Origin: an uncultured archaeon
Lineage (GTDB): Archaea; Asgardarchaeota; Thorarchaeia; Thorarchaeales; Thorarchaeaceae
Direction: 5' to 3'
Length of the DNA: 32,000 nucleotides
Assembly: GCA_964648855.1 (NCBI GenBank)
Contig: CAZYLT010000003.1
Location: 30,001-62,000, forward strand
Below the pieces are notes generated by a model, which did no database searches, was not told the origin of the DNA, and saw only the letters and a program-made list of their open reading frames with translations. Made by a program: the position numbers and the translations under genes. Shown here one piece after another: positions 9,190-19,126 of the stretch (its first letter is position 1; every line of letters begins with the position of its first letter).

Positions 9190-11037
9190 TCATATTTTGC
9201 CTTTTCTTCGCAAGAGAACAACCAATACGCCTAGTATGGCGACAGTAACTACTGCTGCAATTGCTCCAATGAGAATGTAGTTTGGCTCAGGACCGATGGG
9301 GATTTTGATTGATGGGTCCATCAACTCCATTGGGTAGTTGTCCTTACTTCCGGCAGGCCCCTCGATTTCATAAGCGCCGGTGCCATTGTAATTACTCCAC
9401 CAGTTGCCAAGGTCAATCTCATTGTCCCAATTGTTGTTTTGTCCCGCATCGACGGCATTGCCTTCCTCATTCCAGCCAATAGCGTTTCCAAAGATGCGAT
9501 TGCCTGTTCCACTGTGGAATCGGATTCCATAGCCAGTATTGTTGGATATCCAGTTGTTATATACCAAACAGCCATCCGATTGATAGAACTCAATTCCGTG
9601 CTTTGAGTTATTGTAGATGATATTCCTCGTGATATTAGTCCGGTCTGCATATTGGACCAGTATTCCTCCGACCTGGGCATAGGGATAATAGCCATTACCC
9701 CAGATTCTGTTGTCATCGATTAGAATGTTCTCAGTTCGAGTCAAGAATAGCCCACCGTGAGTATTGTTCATGATGGTTGAGTTCTCTATTGTGCAGTCAG
9801 TTGAATAGGCAATTGTGCCACCCATGGTCGTTTTCTTGAGGTTAGCTCCTGATACCGTTATGTTCTGGCAGTTCGCAATTACGAGTTGCGAAATATTTGA
9901 TCCATCGACATGTCTGTCCTGCTCTGCATTCAAGTACAGAATCTCGCCCCCGGGTAGTTTATTGTCAGAGAATTCATGATTCCATGAGGATGGTGCTGTG
10001 CCCAATATCTGGATTCCTCTCCTCATGGAGTTGTTCTCCACAACGAACCCGACTGAGTTACTCAGGTAAATGTCATAGAACTCGACAGATCTGAATTCGT
10101 TATTTCGGATAATATAATCCTCGCAGTTACCGAGATATATTCCGCCAATCTTCGCATCAATGATATTAGAATCGAAGATATCTCCTGCAGTCATCCACTC
10201 ATTTCGAATAGCTACTCCTGATGTTTGGAGATGATTGTTGAGAAACACATTACCACCCTCTTCCGAGCTTGTCCGCACACAAGGATTGGCGTTTTTGAGA
10301 GTATTTCCTCTGATGGTCCAATTCTGGGCGAAAAAGGATACACTTAGGGCTGCAGCGTCAAACCAGTGTTCGGGTGGCTCAACTCTATCAACAATGTTTC
10401 CTTCGATTGTGGAGTTTTTCCCGATGCCGAGTAACTCGATTCCTGAGAATTTGCTATTCTCGATGGTATTGGAGGAAATCCTACTATTTTGAGAATAGCC
10501 GAGTAGAAATCCACGATCAGATTCATCCACTTGATTATCAGAAAAGATGGAATCCATAATAACGAAAGCAGCAAGCGCCATCGAATTATTCTGAAAGGTA
10601 CAGCCCTGAACGGCTGAGTAATTCATAGTCCATGCTTCTAAGCCATCATTACAATCCATAAAGGAGCAGTTAGAAATTGTGGCATGAGTTACATTATCTA
10701 TCCGGATACCATCACCAGTATTTTCTCCGTTGAAGATTGAATCTCGGATTTCAAAATAGGCGGTCGTATTTGCAATAGAGATGCAGAGGCCGTCATCCAC
10801 AATCTGAATGCCCTCGATAATATATGGATCTTCCTCTGTTCCTGAACCCAAGAACCCAAAGTCCGAGAAATTGGCGTTATGGGTGATATTGAATGGCGGG
10901 TGGCTTGTCTGGCCATATTGGATATCGCCTTTGTGTTGGTAGTCAACTCCACCATCTACTATCCCAGTGAGTGTCACACTCAGTGACAAAATTGATCCAC
11001 ACAGAAGCAGAGCAAAAAGTTTCTTTCTATTGATCAT
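9190..11037 (-). CDS. Secreted right-handed parallel beta-helix (NosD/CASH-like) surface protein with C-terminal TM anchor
   Basis: Signal peptide, GSGTEEDPYIIEG, many 'N.I..N...GI' repeats, GNWWSNY..DNYP cap, TM helix followed by RRKGK. Confidence 0.9.
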   Translation of the reverse strand: MINRKKLFALLLCGSILSLSVTLTGIVDGGVDYQHKGDIQYGQTSHPPFNITHNANFSDFGFLGSGTEEDPYIIEGIQIVDDGLCISIANTTAYFEIRDSIFNGENTGDGIRIDNVTHATISNCSFMDCNDGLEAWTMNYSAVQGCTFQNNSMALAAFVIMDSIFSDNQVDESDRGFLLGYSQNSRISSNTIENSKFSGIELLGIGKNSTIEGNIVDRVEPPEHWFDAAALSVSFFAQNWTIRGNTLKNANPCVRTSSEEGGNVFLNNHLQTSGVAIRNEWMTAGDIFDSNIIDAKIGGIYLGNCEDYIIRNNEFRSVEFYDIYLSNSVGFVVENNSMRRGIQILGTAPSSWNHEFSDNKLPGGEILYLNAEQDRHVDGSNISQLVIANCQNITVSGANLKKTTMGGTIAYSTDCTIENSTIMNNTHGGLFLTRTENILIDDNRIWGNGYYPYAQVGGILVQYADRTNITRNIIYNNSKHGIEFYQSDGCLVYNNWISNNTGYGIRFHSGTGNRIFGNAIGWNEEGNAVDAGQNNNWDNEIDLGNWWSNYNGTGAYEIEGPAGSKDNYPMELMDPSIKIPIGPEPNYILIGAIAAVVTVAILGVLVVLLRRKGKI

Positions 11038-11230
11038 CTTAATTCTCCTATCACGTTATTGGTCCTGCTGACCATCATACATTCGCTTAACTGTTCCAAT
11101 TCCTTGCTTAAAAACTTTTGATTCTTCAGTGAAAATATCTAGTAGTCCTTATCTACCATCACGCTTAATTGGATGTGTCACTCAGCGAAGTCCTAGCCGC
11201 TGTCTATGGCCGTCTAATGAGGAACGAGCA

Positions 11231-12382
11231 ATGGCAAACAAAGACGATGAAGAGATGCTGGTCACGCCGTGGGAAGTGCGCGGGAAGGTCGATTATGACC
11301 GCTTGATAGAGGAGTTTGGCACTGACCGGATCGACGAAAAACTGCGGAAGCAAATATACGATATTGCTGGAGAAAAGCATTTCATGTTAGAGCGAGGTGT
11401 CATCTATGCTCATCGTGACCTGGACTGGGCTCTAAAGGAATATCGTAAGGGCAACAAGTTCATCATATACACCGGCAGGGGTCCAAGTGGCCATGTACAT
11501 ATAGGACACATGGTTCCCTGGGTTTTCACAAAATGGTTCCAAGAACAATTCGACACGCGGCTGTACTTTCAGTTGACAAACGACGAGAAGTTCTGGTTTA
11601 ACCAAGACCTGACCATTGAACAGGTCAAGGAGTTCACCTATCAAAATGCATTGGATTTTTTGGCACTTGGATTTGAGCCTGAAGATACATTTGTCCTGCA
11701 AGATATTGAGCACATTGACCTCATGTATGAACTAGCCGTGCAGGTTGCAAAGAAGGTGACCTTCAGCACAGCACGAGCTGTGTTTGGATTCGATAACTCA
11801 ATGAATATCGGCGGCATCTTCTATCCGGCTATGCAAGCGGTGCCCGCATTTCTCCACTCTTGGATCTATGGCAAGAAGACGCCATGCATTATCCCCTGTG
11901 CTATCGATCAGGATCCCCACTGGAGAGTCACTCGTGATGTCGCCGAGAAGCTCGGGTTCTACAAGCCAGCGTCTATTCAATCCAAGTTCGCGCCAGGACT
12001 GGGCGAGGGTGGGAAGATGAGTGCCTCGGATGAGTCAAGCGCCATCTTCACAACAGATTCACCAAAGAAAGCCAAAAAGAAGGTGATGGCATCCTTTACG
12101 GGTGGTCGCGCAACGGCTGAAGAACAACGACGCCTCGGCGCAAACCCGTATATTTGCCCAGTTTTTCATTACTACGAATTCCTCTTTATGCCGCATGATG
12201 AAGACCTGAAGGACATTGAAAAGAAATGTACTGGTGGCGAGATTCTGTGCGGCGAATGCAAACAGATTCTGGCTCCACTTGTCGAAGAGTTTCTAGAGGA
12301 GCATCAGGCTGCAAGAGAAGAAGTCAAAGACCGACTGCACGAGTTCTCTGCTGACCGTTTGAGAGAAGATTTGCGTCGCTAA
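11231..12382 (+). CDS. trpS: Tryptophan--tRNA ligase (archaeal/eukaryotic type)
   Basis: VTPWEV, YTGRGPS, HIGH, AIDQDP and KMSAS motifs; start moved from 11129 to ATG 11231 (GAGGA upstream). Confidence 0.97.
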   Translation: MANKDDEEMLVTPWEVRGKVDYDRLIEEFGTDRIDEKLRKQIYDIAGEKHFMLERGVIYAHRDLDWALKEYRKGNKFIIYTGRGPSGHVHIGHMVPWVFTKWFQEQFDTRLYFQLTNDEKFWFNQDLTIEQVKEFTYQNALDFLALGFEPEDTFVLQDIEHIDLMYELAVQVAKKVTFSTARAVFGFDNSMNIGGIFYPAMQAVPAFLHSWIYGKKTPCIIPCAIDQDPHWRVTRDVAEKLGFYKPASIQSKFAPGLGEGGKMSASDESSAIFTTDSPKKAKKKVMASFTGGRATAEEQRRLGANPYICPVFHYYEFLFMPHDEDLKDIEKKCTGGEILCGECKQILAPLVEEFLEEHQAAREEVKDRLHEFSADRLREDLRR

Positions 12383-12458
12383 ATATCTCAGTGCTTGAAA
12401 ATGAAATGCAAAAAGACTTAACATAAGTCGAAGAAGTATATACAACCCCTGGTGGAGT

Positions 12459-12803
12459 ATGGGCATGCGAGCACCAAGCGAATCTAACAAATTTACGAAA
12501 GAGTTTGATGGTCTGAGCTCTGCAGAAACCAATGATCGTTTCAGTGAGTTGGGGAGTACTGTAGCCGGAGCTGATATTTCAGACTTCGAACAGGCACTAA
12601 GAGAATTGTTGCAACCGGGCATCATAGACATCACGAATTGGGCTGGACCAGCAGTTCGCTCTCTCTTGATCGTCGCATCGGAGAGGGGTATCCAAATAAA
12701 TCTGAAGCGGGGACGAAGGACAATTTCACCTCTGAGTTTTCCCAAGAAAAGCATGTTTCTTGACTACTTCGCTGAAGAGATAATCATTAGCGAGCCTTGG
12801 TAG
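12459..12803 (+). CDS. Hypothetical protein
   Basis: 114 aa ORF with GGTGGAG RBS-like sequence and globular composition; no recognised motif. Confidence 0.65.
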   Translation: MGMRAPSESNKFTKEFDGLSSAETNDRFSELGSTVAGADISDFEQALRELLQPGIIDITNWAGPAVRSLLIVASERGIQINLKRGRRTISPLSFPKKSMFLDYFAEEIIISEPW

Positions 12804-13431
12804 CTGAGTGGGATGTGCCAGATGATTGTATGGTAATGATGACAAGATCGAGCTACAAATCACCAATAAAAACATCTGAATTTTGAAAACTAGTGGTAAA
12901 TTTGAATAACCCTCTTTTGCCGTATATTCAGACTTCCATTGGAAGAAAAGAAGTGTGAGCGAAGCAGAAAATAGACTTCGTGCTTCGCAGTCCGACGTTT
13001 TTGTTAGCTAATCACCATGGCTCATGAATATAGCCTAACTTGAAGGTCCATGGCTCTTGCTCAGAATCTGGCGGAAAATCGCCGGGTCCAATCCGCACAG
13101 TTTCGGGGAGTGTGTTACAGTTAGTCATGCTTATTGATGAGCTTCCACCCTGACAAATTACCCATAAAGAAAATGTCGGATTACTCCTACAAAAACGGAT
13201 TTTCCTGGCCTTGTATGCTACTCAAAAAGGGGGTGGAAAACGTGCAGATTATATGCTGGCAATACTACTGGTTTGGTTTCACGCCGCCCTGAAATACTAT
13301 TATGTCCACGTATAATGCCAATGCACTACTCTGCCTTGGCTTCGAAGTGTAGTTGGCCATGAAAACTACCTCTATGTCTTGTGCTATTGAACTACTAAAA
13401 GCTTCTCTCATGCAGCTCATTTCGTGGTCAA

Positions 13432-14325
13432 TCAAGATTCTTTCATCATTCTGCTTACAAGAGCTTTCATTATTTGCCGTCGCATCGCCCCCATCTTCAC
13501 CATCTTCCAGCCTAGGATATCAAGATATAGCGTCGTTGGAACCACTTGGATTTCGTCTCTATAGAATAACCATCCAACGATCGCTGTTGCCATCATTGAC
13601 GCTCTGACACGACAGCCAATGGAGATTGCTGGTGACTTGCCTAGTCTTCGACGTTCCTTGGACAACTCCATGTCAATTCCGTGGGGGCGTGAAGCAATGA
13701 AGCTTAAGCCATAATTCAAGATGTAGGTATCCCATTCCTCAGTGCCCCTGTCAGGAATAGGGCCAAAGAAGTCCTCAAAGGACGGGCTTTGAACAGGATC
13801 GAAGACGCCCAAGCCCGCACCAAATCCTATGGCTGGACTTGTAAACACTGGAATTCCTCTAATTCTGGCATTATCGAAGAGCGCTTTTCTCTCATGCATC
13901 ACTTCGATATCTATGCCATCAATTGCGATATCCATGCCCTCCACGAAACCCGAAGCATTTTCCAGTGTGATTCCTTGAGAAAGCACCTCAATCTCTGCAT
14001 CCGGTGCGATTCGTCGAAGCTCGATGGCTACAGCGTGTGCCTTGTTGAAGCCAAGGTTGTCGACATAAGCTCCTAGCTGACGATTCAGATTGCTTGCTTC
14101 GAATATATCTGGGTCGGCAATACGGAAATGGCGGAATCCCATTTGAACCAATGTAAAGAGAATATCGGCGTTCCCTCCGGTTCCTGCAAGTGCAATCTTG
14201 GTGTTTTGGATGATATCCTGTTGTAAGGGTGTGAATATTCCCAAGTTTCTACTGGTGACAATCGAATAATCGTGTGCCTCCGAATCCAGACTTGATAGGT
14301 CCTTCAGTACTGAATCCAAAACCAA
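13432..14325 (-). CDS. ThiF/E1-like adenylyltransferase, PRK08223-like subfamily
   Basis: SRNLG...Q..., AGTGG, ADPDIFEASNLNRQ, K-A, DGID, VFDP..PSFEDFF; lacks the MoeB/ThiF CxxC zinc motifs; TTG start abuts the GH3 stop. Confidence 0.9.
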   Translation of the reverse strand: MVLDSVLKDLSSLDSEAHDYSIVTSRNLGIFTPLQQDIIQNTKIALAGTGGNADILFTLVQMGFRHFRIADPDIFEASNLNRQLGAYVDNLGFNKAHAVAIELRRIAPDAEIEVLSQGITLENASGFVEGMDIAIDGIDIEVMHERKALFDNARIRGIPVFTSPAIGFGAGLGVFDPVQSPSFEDFFGPIPDRGTEEWDTYILNYGLSFIASRPHGIDMELSKERRRLGKSPAISIGCRVRASMMATAIVGWLFYRDEIQVVPTTLYLDILGWKMVKMGAMRRQIMKALVSRMMKES

Positions 14326-15864
14326 CTAAATCACTTCGCATGTGTCTAGAACAGTTGTGTCAGTGGTGAGTGGAATTGGTTTTGCCTGCATGTGCGTGCT
14401 CTTCACTTTGTTTTCATAGGCTGAGCTTGTCATTCGCATCAGTCTTGTAGGGGCAAGCGCTCCGGTCTCTCTATTGAATTTGAACTCCTGATTCGATGCA
14501 CATATTGCGTCCTCAAACTGGTGGATGAATTCCACTGGGGCAAAATCAAGAGTTTTGAACATGGCAGCCAGCGTATAGAATGCAAGGCCGTCCTTGACCT
14601 CTCCAACTACTGAATAGTCCATCACATTTGCGCCTGTCTTATGGCAAGCCTGCTTCAGTGCCTCCGATACATGCGCCTCACTGAGTTTCTCTCCGCTGAG
14701 ATTGACTACTCTTCCCTTTCTGGCTATGTTTCTGATTGTATATGGGTCTGTACTAGTGAAAGTCATCAGGTCTCCTGTGCGATAGCGATACCAGCCTATG
14801 TTGTTAGTCAACACCATCTCGTATCTATTGCCACGCTTCACATCTGAGAGTGGAATCACCTCTGGGATTGGATTATCCAATTCATCTTCATGAATGAACT
14901 CGTAGTAATTTATGTGTGGAGAGAGTTGCACTCCGACTCCTGGCAATAACTGAGCTCCGTAGAACCCTTCACTGCCGCCATAAACTTCCCAGATTGTCGC
15001 GTCAGGAAGAGTCCTCTTCAACCATTCGTGGTAGGGTTCTGTGTCAATCCCTGATGCTAAGAACAATCTAGCATCAGGACATAGTGCTGTAACATCAAGT
15101 TTTCCATCATCACCCAAGGCATGCCTAATCCGCCGCTCGTACTTTGTACCTTTGAACTCATCCAGTAGCATTGGTCCATACATATTTTGTAGACGGCGAA
15201 TCAGGGCGAGGCTGAGTGTAGTGATGCCTTGAAACGCAGTGACATCTCTGGTCGCCACGAGTTTAGCATACTCCCACATTTTGAGTTCCATATTCATTAT
15301 GTTGAATATCTCTTCGCCTGGCTCTATCAGCCTTTGAAACAGAGGGTTCTGGTGGCGAGCATATACTCCTGTGGCATATCCAACCGGAACTCCGTTTATG
15401 TGGCCCATAACTGCAGGGGCCCCAAACGTAACCAGGGTTCCATCAACTATTCTGGGATTATCTTCATCCTGATTCAAGAATCCCATCCAGCCAAGCATCG
15501 TACCTTTGGCAACATCTTTGAGACCCTGTTGAGTTGTTGGTAACTTTTTAGGCGTTCCAGTGGTGCCGCTCGTTTGGAGGTACCATACAACCGGATCCGC
15601 TGTCATAACTCCTTGGGGATTGTCATATGTCATTCGGACATATCGCTCCATCTTAGCAGCATCCACCAAGGGGACTTCTTCTTTGAATCGTTCTGGCGTG
15701 TGTATGTTTGCAAATCCATGCTCTTGCCCGAGTACAGTATCTCGGTGACGGGTAAGAATCCGCATGAGCGTTTCCTCTGATTCCTCAACTGTATAGTCTA
15801 AGACTCGGTCGATATTCTTGGATTTGCGTTTCGCCATAAACGATACCAATTTTCTCATAATCAT
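14326..15864 (-). CDS. GH3-family acyl acid-amido synthetase
   Basis: GH3 motifs TSGTTGTPK, YGGSE and YRYRTGD, plus GEKLSE; start probably ATG 15864 (alternative 15897) rather than 16008. Confidence 0.92.
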   Translation of the reverse strand: MIMRKLVSFMAKRKSKNIDRVLDYTVEESEETLMRILTRHRDTVLGQEHGFANIHTPERFKEEVPLVDAAKMERYVRMTYDNPQGVMTADPVVWYLQTSGTTGTPKKLPTTQQGLKDVAKGTMLGWMGFLNQDEDNPRIVDGTLVTFGAPAVMGHINGVPVGYATGVYARHQNPLFQRLIEPGEEIFNIMNMELKMWEYAKLVATRDVTAFQGITTLSLALIRRLQNMYGPMLLDEFKGTKYERRIRHALGDDGKLDVTALCPDARLFLASGIDTEPYHEWLKRTLPDATIWEVYGGSEGFYGAQLLPGVGVQLSPHINYYEFIHEDELDNPIPEVIPLSDVKRGNRYEMVLTNNIGWYRYRTGDLMTFTSTDPYTIRNIARKGRVVNLSGEKLSEAHVSEALKQACHKTGANVMDYSVVGEVKDGLAFYTLAAMFKTLDFAPVEFIHQFEDAICASNQEFKFNRETGALAPTRLMRMTSSAYENKVKSTHMQAKPIPLTTDTTVLDTCEVI

Positions 15865-16221
15865 GACATCTACTTCCTCGCGCCTTAGGACCTTCATCCT
15901 AAGTTCTCTTTCTTGTTCCAGTAGAAGGAGAAAACAAGCATAATTCTTAGCCCTACAGTCTCTAACCTCTATGCGAGCACAGAATGTCGAAAAACGAATA
16001 CAATTCAATCAAAATACTATTTGGGGCTTTCATAACCTCTTTTTTGACTCATATGAGTTTATTTGCTCTCACATGCTATATCCATCATCGCAAACGGCAC
16101 AACAAAACTCTACTTTTTGCACTTTTCGGGATAAACTGAAAAAGGCAAGCGCCATTAGCAAATCACGCAAAGAGAGGTCATTCGGCTCTCCCCGTTTCAT
16201 GAATTGACAGTAAGGTATAGG

Positions 16222-18192
16222 ATGTTTTGTACCATGCAAGATGTTATTGCATTTGTCAAGGGCGATATTGTTGAGGCTAAATTAGAATGGGGTCTCAATG
16301 GACCACTCATCCATGCATTAGGCGAAACTTTCGAAACCGGAGTACAATACCGTCCTAAGTATGCAATAGGTCCATTGAATTCGAAAGGTCAGGACATTTC
16401 AGTTGAACTACCTAGAGAATTCACTATTGAACTCAAACCAAACCGCAGATATTTCGGCTACTATTCAATTAAAGCAGATGGCGACGATAATGTCTATCCT
16501 CCGTCGACATTGCACTGGTATAGTCACACTGCATCTATAGGTAGATTGGCGGCATTCTATATTCAAAAAACGGACTTGGAATCCAAGCTTTGGCTGACTA
16601 TCCTTGATTACTCAACCGAGAATGTCCTTTTTTCTCATCCCATAAACTACTATGAAGGGCAGTCCTATTGGGCTGATGAAGGTTATGAAAAGTGGTTAAC
16701 TCAGCGGAAAGAGGACTGGAAGGAGCAACATGGTGAAATTCTCAAATGGTTTAACGATTTACTGGCAAGTCCTCCTCCATCATGGGAACAGCTAGATAAG
16801 CTAGTTTCGGGGGCTCCAGTGAGAAACCTCAAGAGGGGCAAGAATATGCGGGAAACCCTTGACGCCATTGTGCCAGATGAACTCTCAGAGTTTCTAAGAA
16901 TACAATTGATGGCTTTTCTTGCATGGACCATGAATCGGGAATCCGAAATTCCCCAAGTAAATTTTAGAGAGATTTCCAATCTGTATTCATCTGCTCCAAG
17001 CTTCAGTGCTCTAATGAAAAACCATCTTGCAGCAGTACTAAGGTCGGAAGCCCCACCTGCGTATGTTCGTCTCATGCATATTGCTGAAGCAGAGGCCAGA
17101 AAATCTGAATCGTATGCCAGAGCGTTTCTTTACAAGTTTCATACGATGGTTACCGATTCCGTGCCCACTGCTACAATTGACTTAAGCGAATTGGATCCCA
17201 ATAATATTCTTCATCAGATATCTACTTTGCAGAAAAGGGCTAAGAGGGATAAGACCGTTTGGTTGAAGACCCTGATCTATTACTTCAGCAACCTACGTCT
17301 TCGCGGAAATATTAACCACTGGGCATTAGGCTTGCAGAAGCTTGTCTATTTAGGCACCGCATATAGGTGGCCACATAAGCATCTTGCTTGGGCCTTGGAG
17401 TTAGATCACAACAAAAGATTCAATCCACGATTCAATGTCTTAGCTGTACCACAGAGGTCAGTGCCAGAAATCCGCAGAATTATGAATATTCAAGAAATAG
17501 ATTGGATGAATAAAGTGATTAATCCACAACTGAGGGGTTCTGAAGGTCAATGGTATGTTGACTGGAACCGATTAATGCACAGTATTGATACAAGAACCAC
17601 GCTAAAACATTTGAAGAATGAATATGGCCCTGGGTCTGTTAGATCGGCTGTTATTTCGAAGGAGGAGGCAAGATACCTAGATTTCATTAATGTTGGTTTC
17701 AGTGTGGCCTCTGTTGGTAGCCCATCAACCTATCCCGGCTTTACTGAAGTCACTAGAGAGGAGGTTTCTGAGAAAATTGACCAGTTGCGAGAGAGAGGCA
17801 TAATCTTCAATCTACATCTCTTAGATGTTTCGCTTGTGACTACAGACAGGCAACAACCGCTTCAAACAGTCATGATGATCCTTGAGGGTGAGCCTAAAGG
17901 AATTCTGTCAATTATTCGCGCTCTGATGCGGTATGTCCCAGCCGCTACACCCTTTCTAACTCGTAAGGGTTCCCGGGCATATGTCCTGACTCGCCTCGTA
18001 AGAGATGAACCACGTTTAACTGACATGGCAATAGCCGCGAAGTCCATGGGTGTGAAAGTTGAATTCCACGATATCAAGTTATATCGTAATTGCCTTTATT
18101 CTCTCTACGATCGTCTCTGGATTGATGAGGGTAAGTGGGACGACGACCTGTCCGGTTTAGTATCGCAATCGATGTTCAAAACCCCCAAATGA
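16222..18192 (+). CDS. Large hypothetical protein with possible C-terminal wHTH + Lrp/AsnC-like alpha/beta module
   Basis: About 655 aa ORF (start 16204, 16222 or 16234 uncertain); 'VTREEVSEKIDQLRERGII' is wHTH-like and is followed by alternating beta/alpha sequence. Confidence 0.6.
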   Translation: MFCTMQDVIAFVKGDIVEAKLEWGLNGPLIHALGETFETGVQYRPKYAIGPLNSKGQDISVELPREFTIELKPNRRYFGYYSIKADGDDNVYPPSTLHWYSHTASIGRLAAFYIQKTDLESKLWLTILDYSTENVLFSHPINYYEGQSYWADEGYEKWLTQRKEDWKEQHGEILKWFNDLLASPPPSWEQLDKLVSGAPVRNLKRGKNMRETLDAIVPDELSEFLRIQLMAFLAWTMNRESEIPQVNFREISNLYSSAPSFSALMKNHLAAVLRSEAPPAYVRLMHIAEAEARKSESYARAFLYKFHTMVTDSVPTATIDLSELDPNNILHQISTLQKRAKRDKTVWLKTLIYYFSNLRLRGNINHWALGLQKLVYLGTAYRWPHKHLAWALELDHNKRFNPRFNVLAVPQRSVPEIRRIMNIQEIDWMNKVINPQLRGSEGQWYVDWNRLMHSIDTRTTLKHLKNEYGPGSVRSAVISKEEARYLDFINVGFSVASVGSPSTYPGFTEVTREEVSEKIDQLRERGIIFNLHLLDVSLVTTDRQQPLQTVMMILEGEPKGILSIIRALMRYVPAATPFLTRKGSRAYVLTRLVRDEPRLTDMAIAAKSMGVKVEFHDIKLYRNCLYSLYDRLWIDEGKWDDDLSGLVSQSMFKTPK

Positions 18193-18412
18193 ACAAAAAG
18201 TAGGAACTTGTTGTGCCGTTCGCGATGACAGATAGTCCATATGAGGGTTATGAGTGCTTTTTTTGTGATATAGGTATTTTTAATCGCTTCTTTCCGAATT
18301 AATGGGTTTTTTCATTTCTATAATCATCTAATATGTAGTATCATGACTTATCCTATGGCATCGCATATCTTTAGTATCTTTGTTTCACGTTACCTCCTTG
18401 AAGTGAAATCCG

Positions 18413-19126
18413 ATGATTGAGCTTGCAAGGATAATGAAGGAAATCGAGAATGAAGAGCGGCGTGAATTGGGTCTCGCCAGACAGCTTGGAATAATGTTTG
18501 GAAGCAGAGACTATTACATTAACTCTGTGAAATGGGACGGCTGTCGTATAATCATAAGAGCCGAATTGATGTCAAGCTTGTTAAGTGCCTTCCCTAGATT
18601 TGCGGAGTCAGATGGCATGTTCACTCCCGCTGATTTGCTGGCTGTGGTACCAGTTACCGCCATTATTGTAGAGGACCGCATTCCCGAATTGGAGATGTGT
18701 GTACTGGAGAAGGCAACCGGCGCATATTTACTCCTTGGGTTTTCAGGTGAATCAACAGACAATCTTGCCTTGGCGATTTGGCGTGTCTTGAAAAGATGGG
18801 AAAACCTTGCAGCAGTACTTTACAAAACGATTGAGCGGAGTTATCCTCTGGAAATCGATTGGAGAGAGTTCCTAAGTGGAGAATCGGGGTTTGTCACAAT
18901 CAAGGCACATAGGAGCCTCACACATACAGAACGCAAAAGAGCTCTAAACAACGTATGCTTAGCATGTGCTTCACTTCTACGTTCCGTATTGGACGATACC
19001 GCATGGTCCGATAGCAGAGTTCGCCGTCTCATATCATTCATGGCTAACTTGCAGGCACAGGAAGACGTTCCAAGCATGGAGGTGCGCACACCTGAATTAG
19101 AGGTGGCGGGAGGTGCCATGAAATGA
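18413..19126 (+). CDS. Hypothetical protein, first gene of the long operon
   Basis: 237 aa; follows an AT-rich 220-bp intergenic region; ATGA overlap with the radA-like gene. Confidence 0.8.
   Translation: MIELARIMKEIENEERRELGLARQLGIMFGSRDYYINSVKWDGCRIIIRAELMSSLLSAFPRFAESDGMFTPADLLAVVPVTAIIVEDRIPELEMCVLEKATGAYLLLGFSGESTDNLALAIWRVLKRWENLAAVLYKTIERSYPLEIDWREFLSGESGFVTIKAHRSLTHTERKRALNNVCLACASLLRSVLDDTAWSDSRVRRLISFMANLQAQEDVPSMEVRTPELEVAGGAMK

Noticed and set aside
11129-11230. N-terminal extension of TrpRS
   Set aside because: Conserved sequence begins near ATG 11231; the extension looks non-coding
13432-14325. ThiF as ubiquitin/SAMP E1 or MoeB
   Set aside because: Lacks the CxxC zinc motifs, has no adjacent Ubl/E2/JAB gene, and its motifs fit the PRK08223-like group better
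15898-16207. GH3 extension to 16008 and the 78-aa plus-strand ORF
   Set aside because: AT-rich divergent promoter-like region with atypical amino-acid composition
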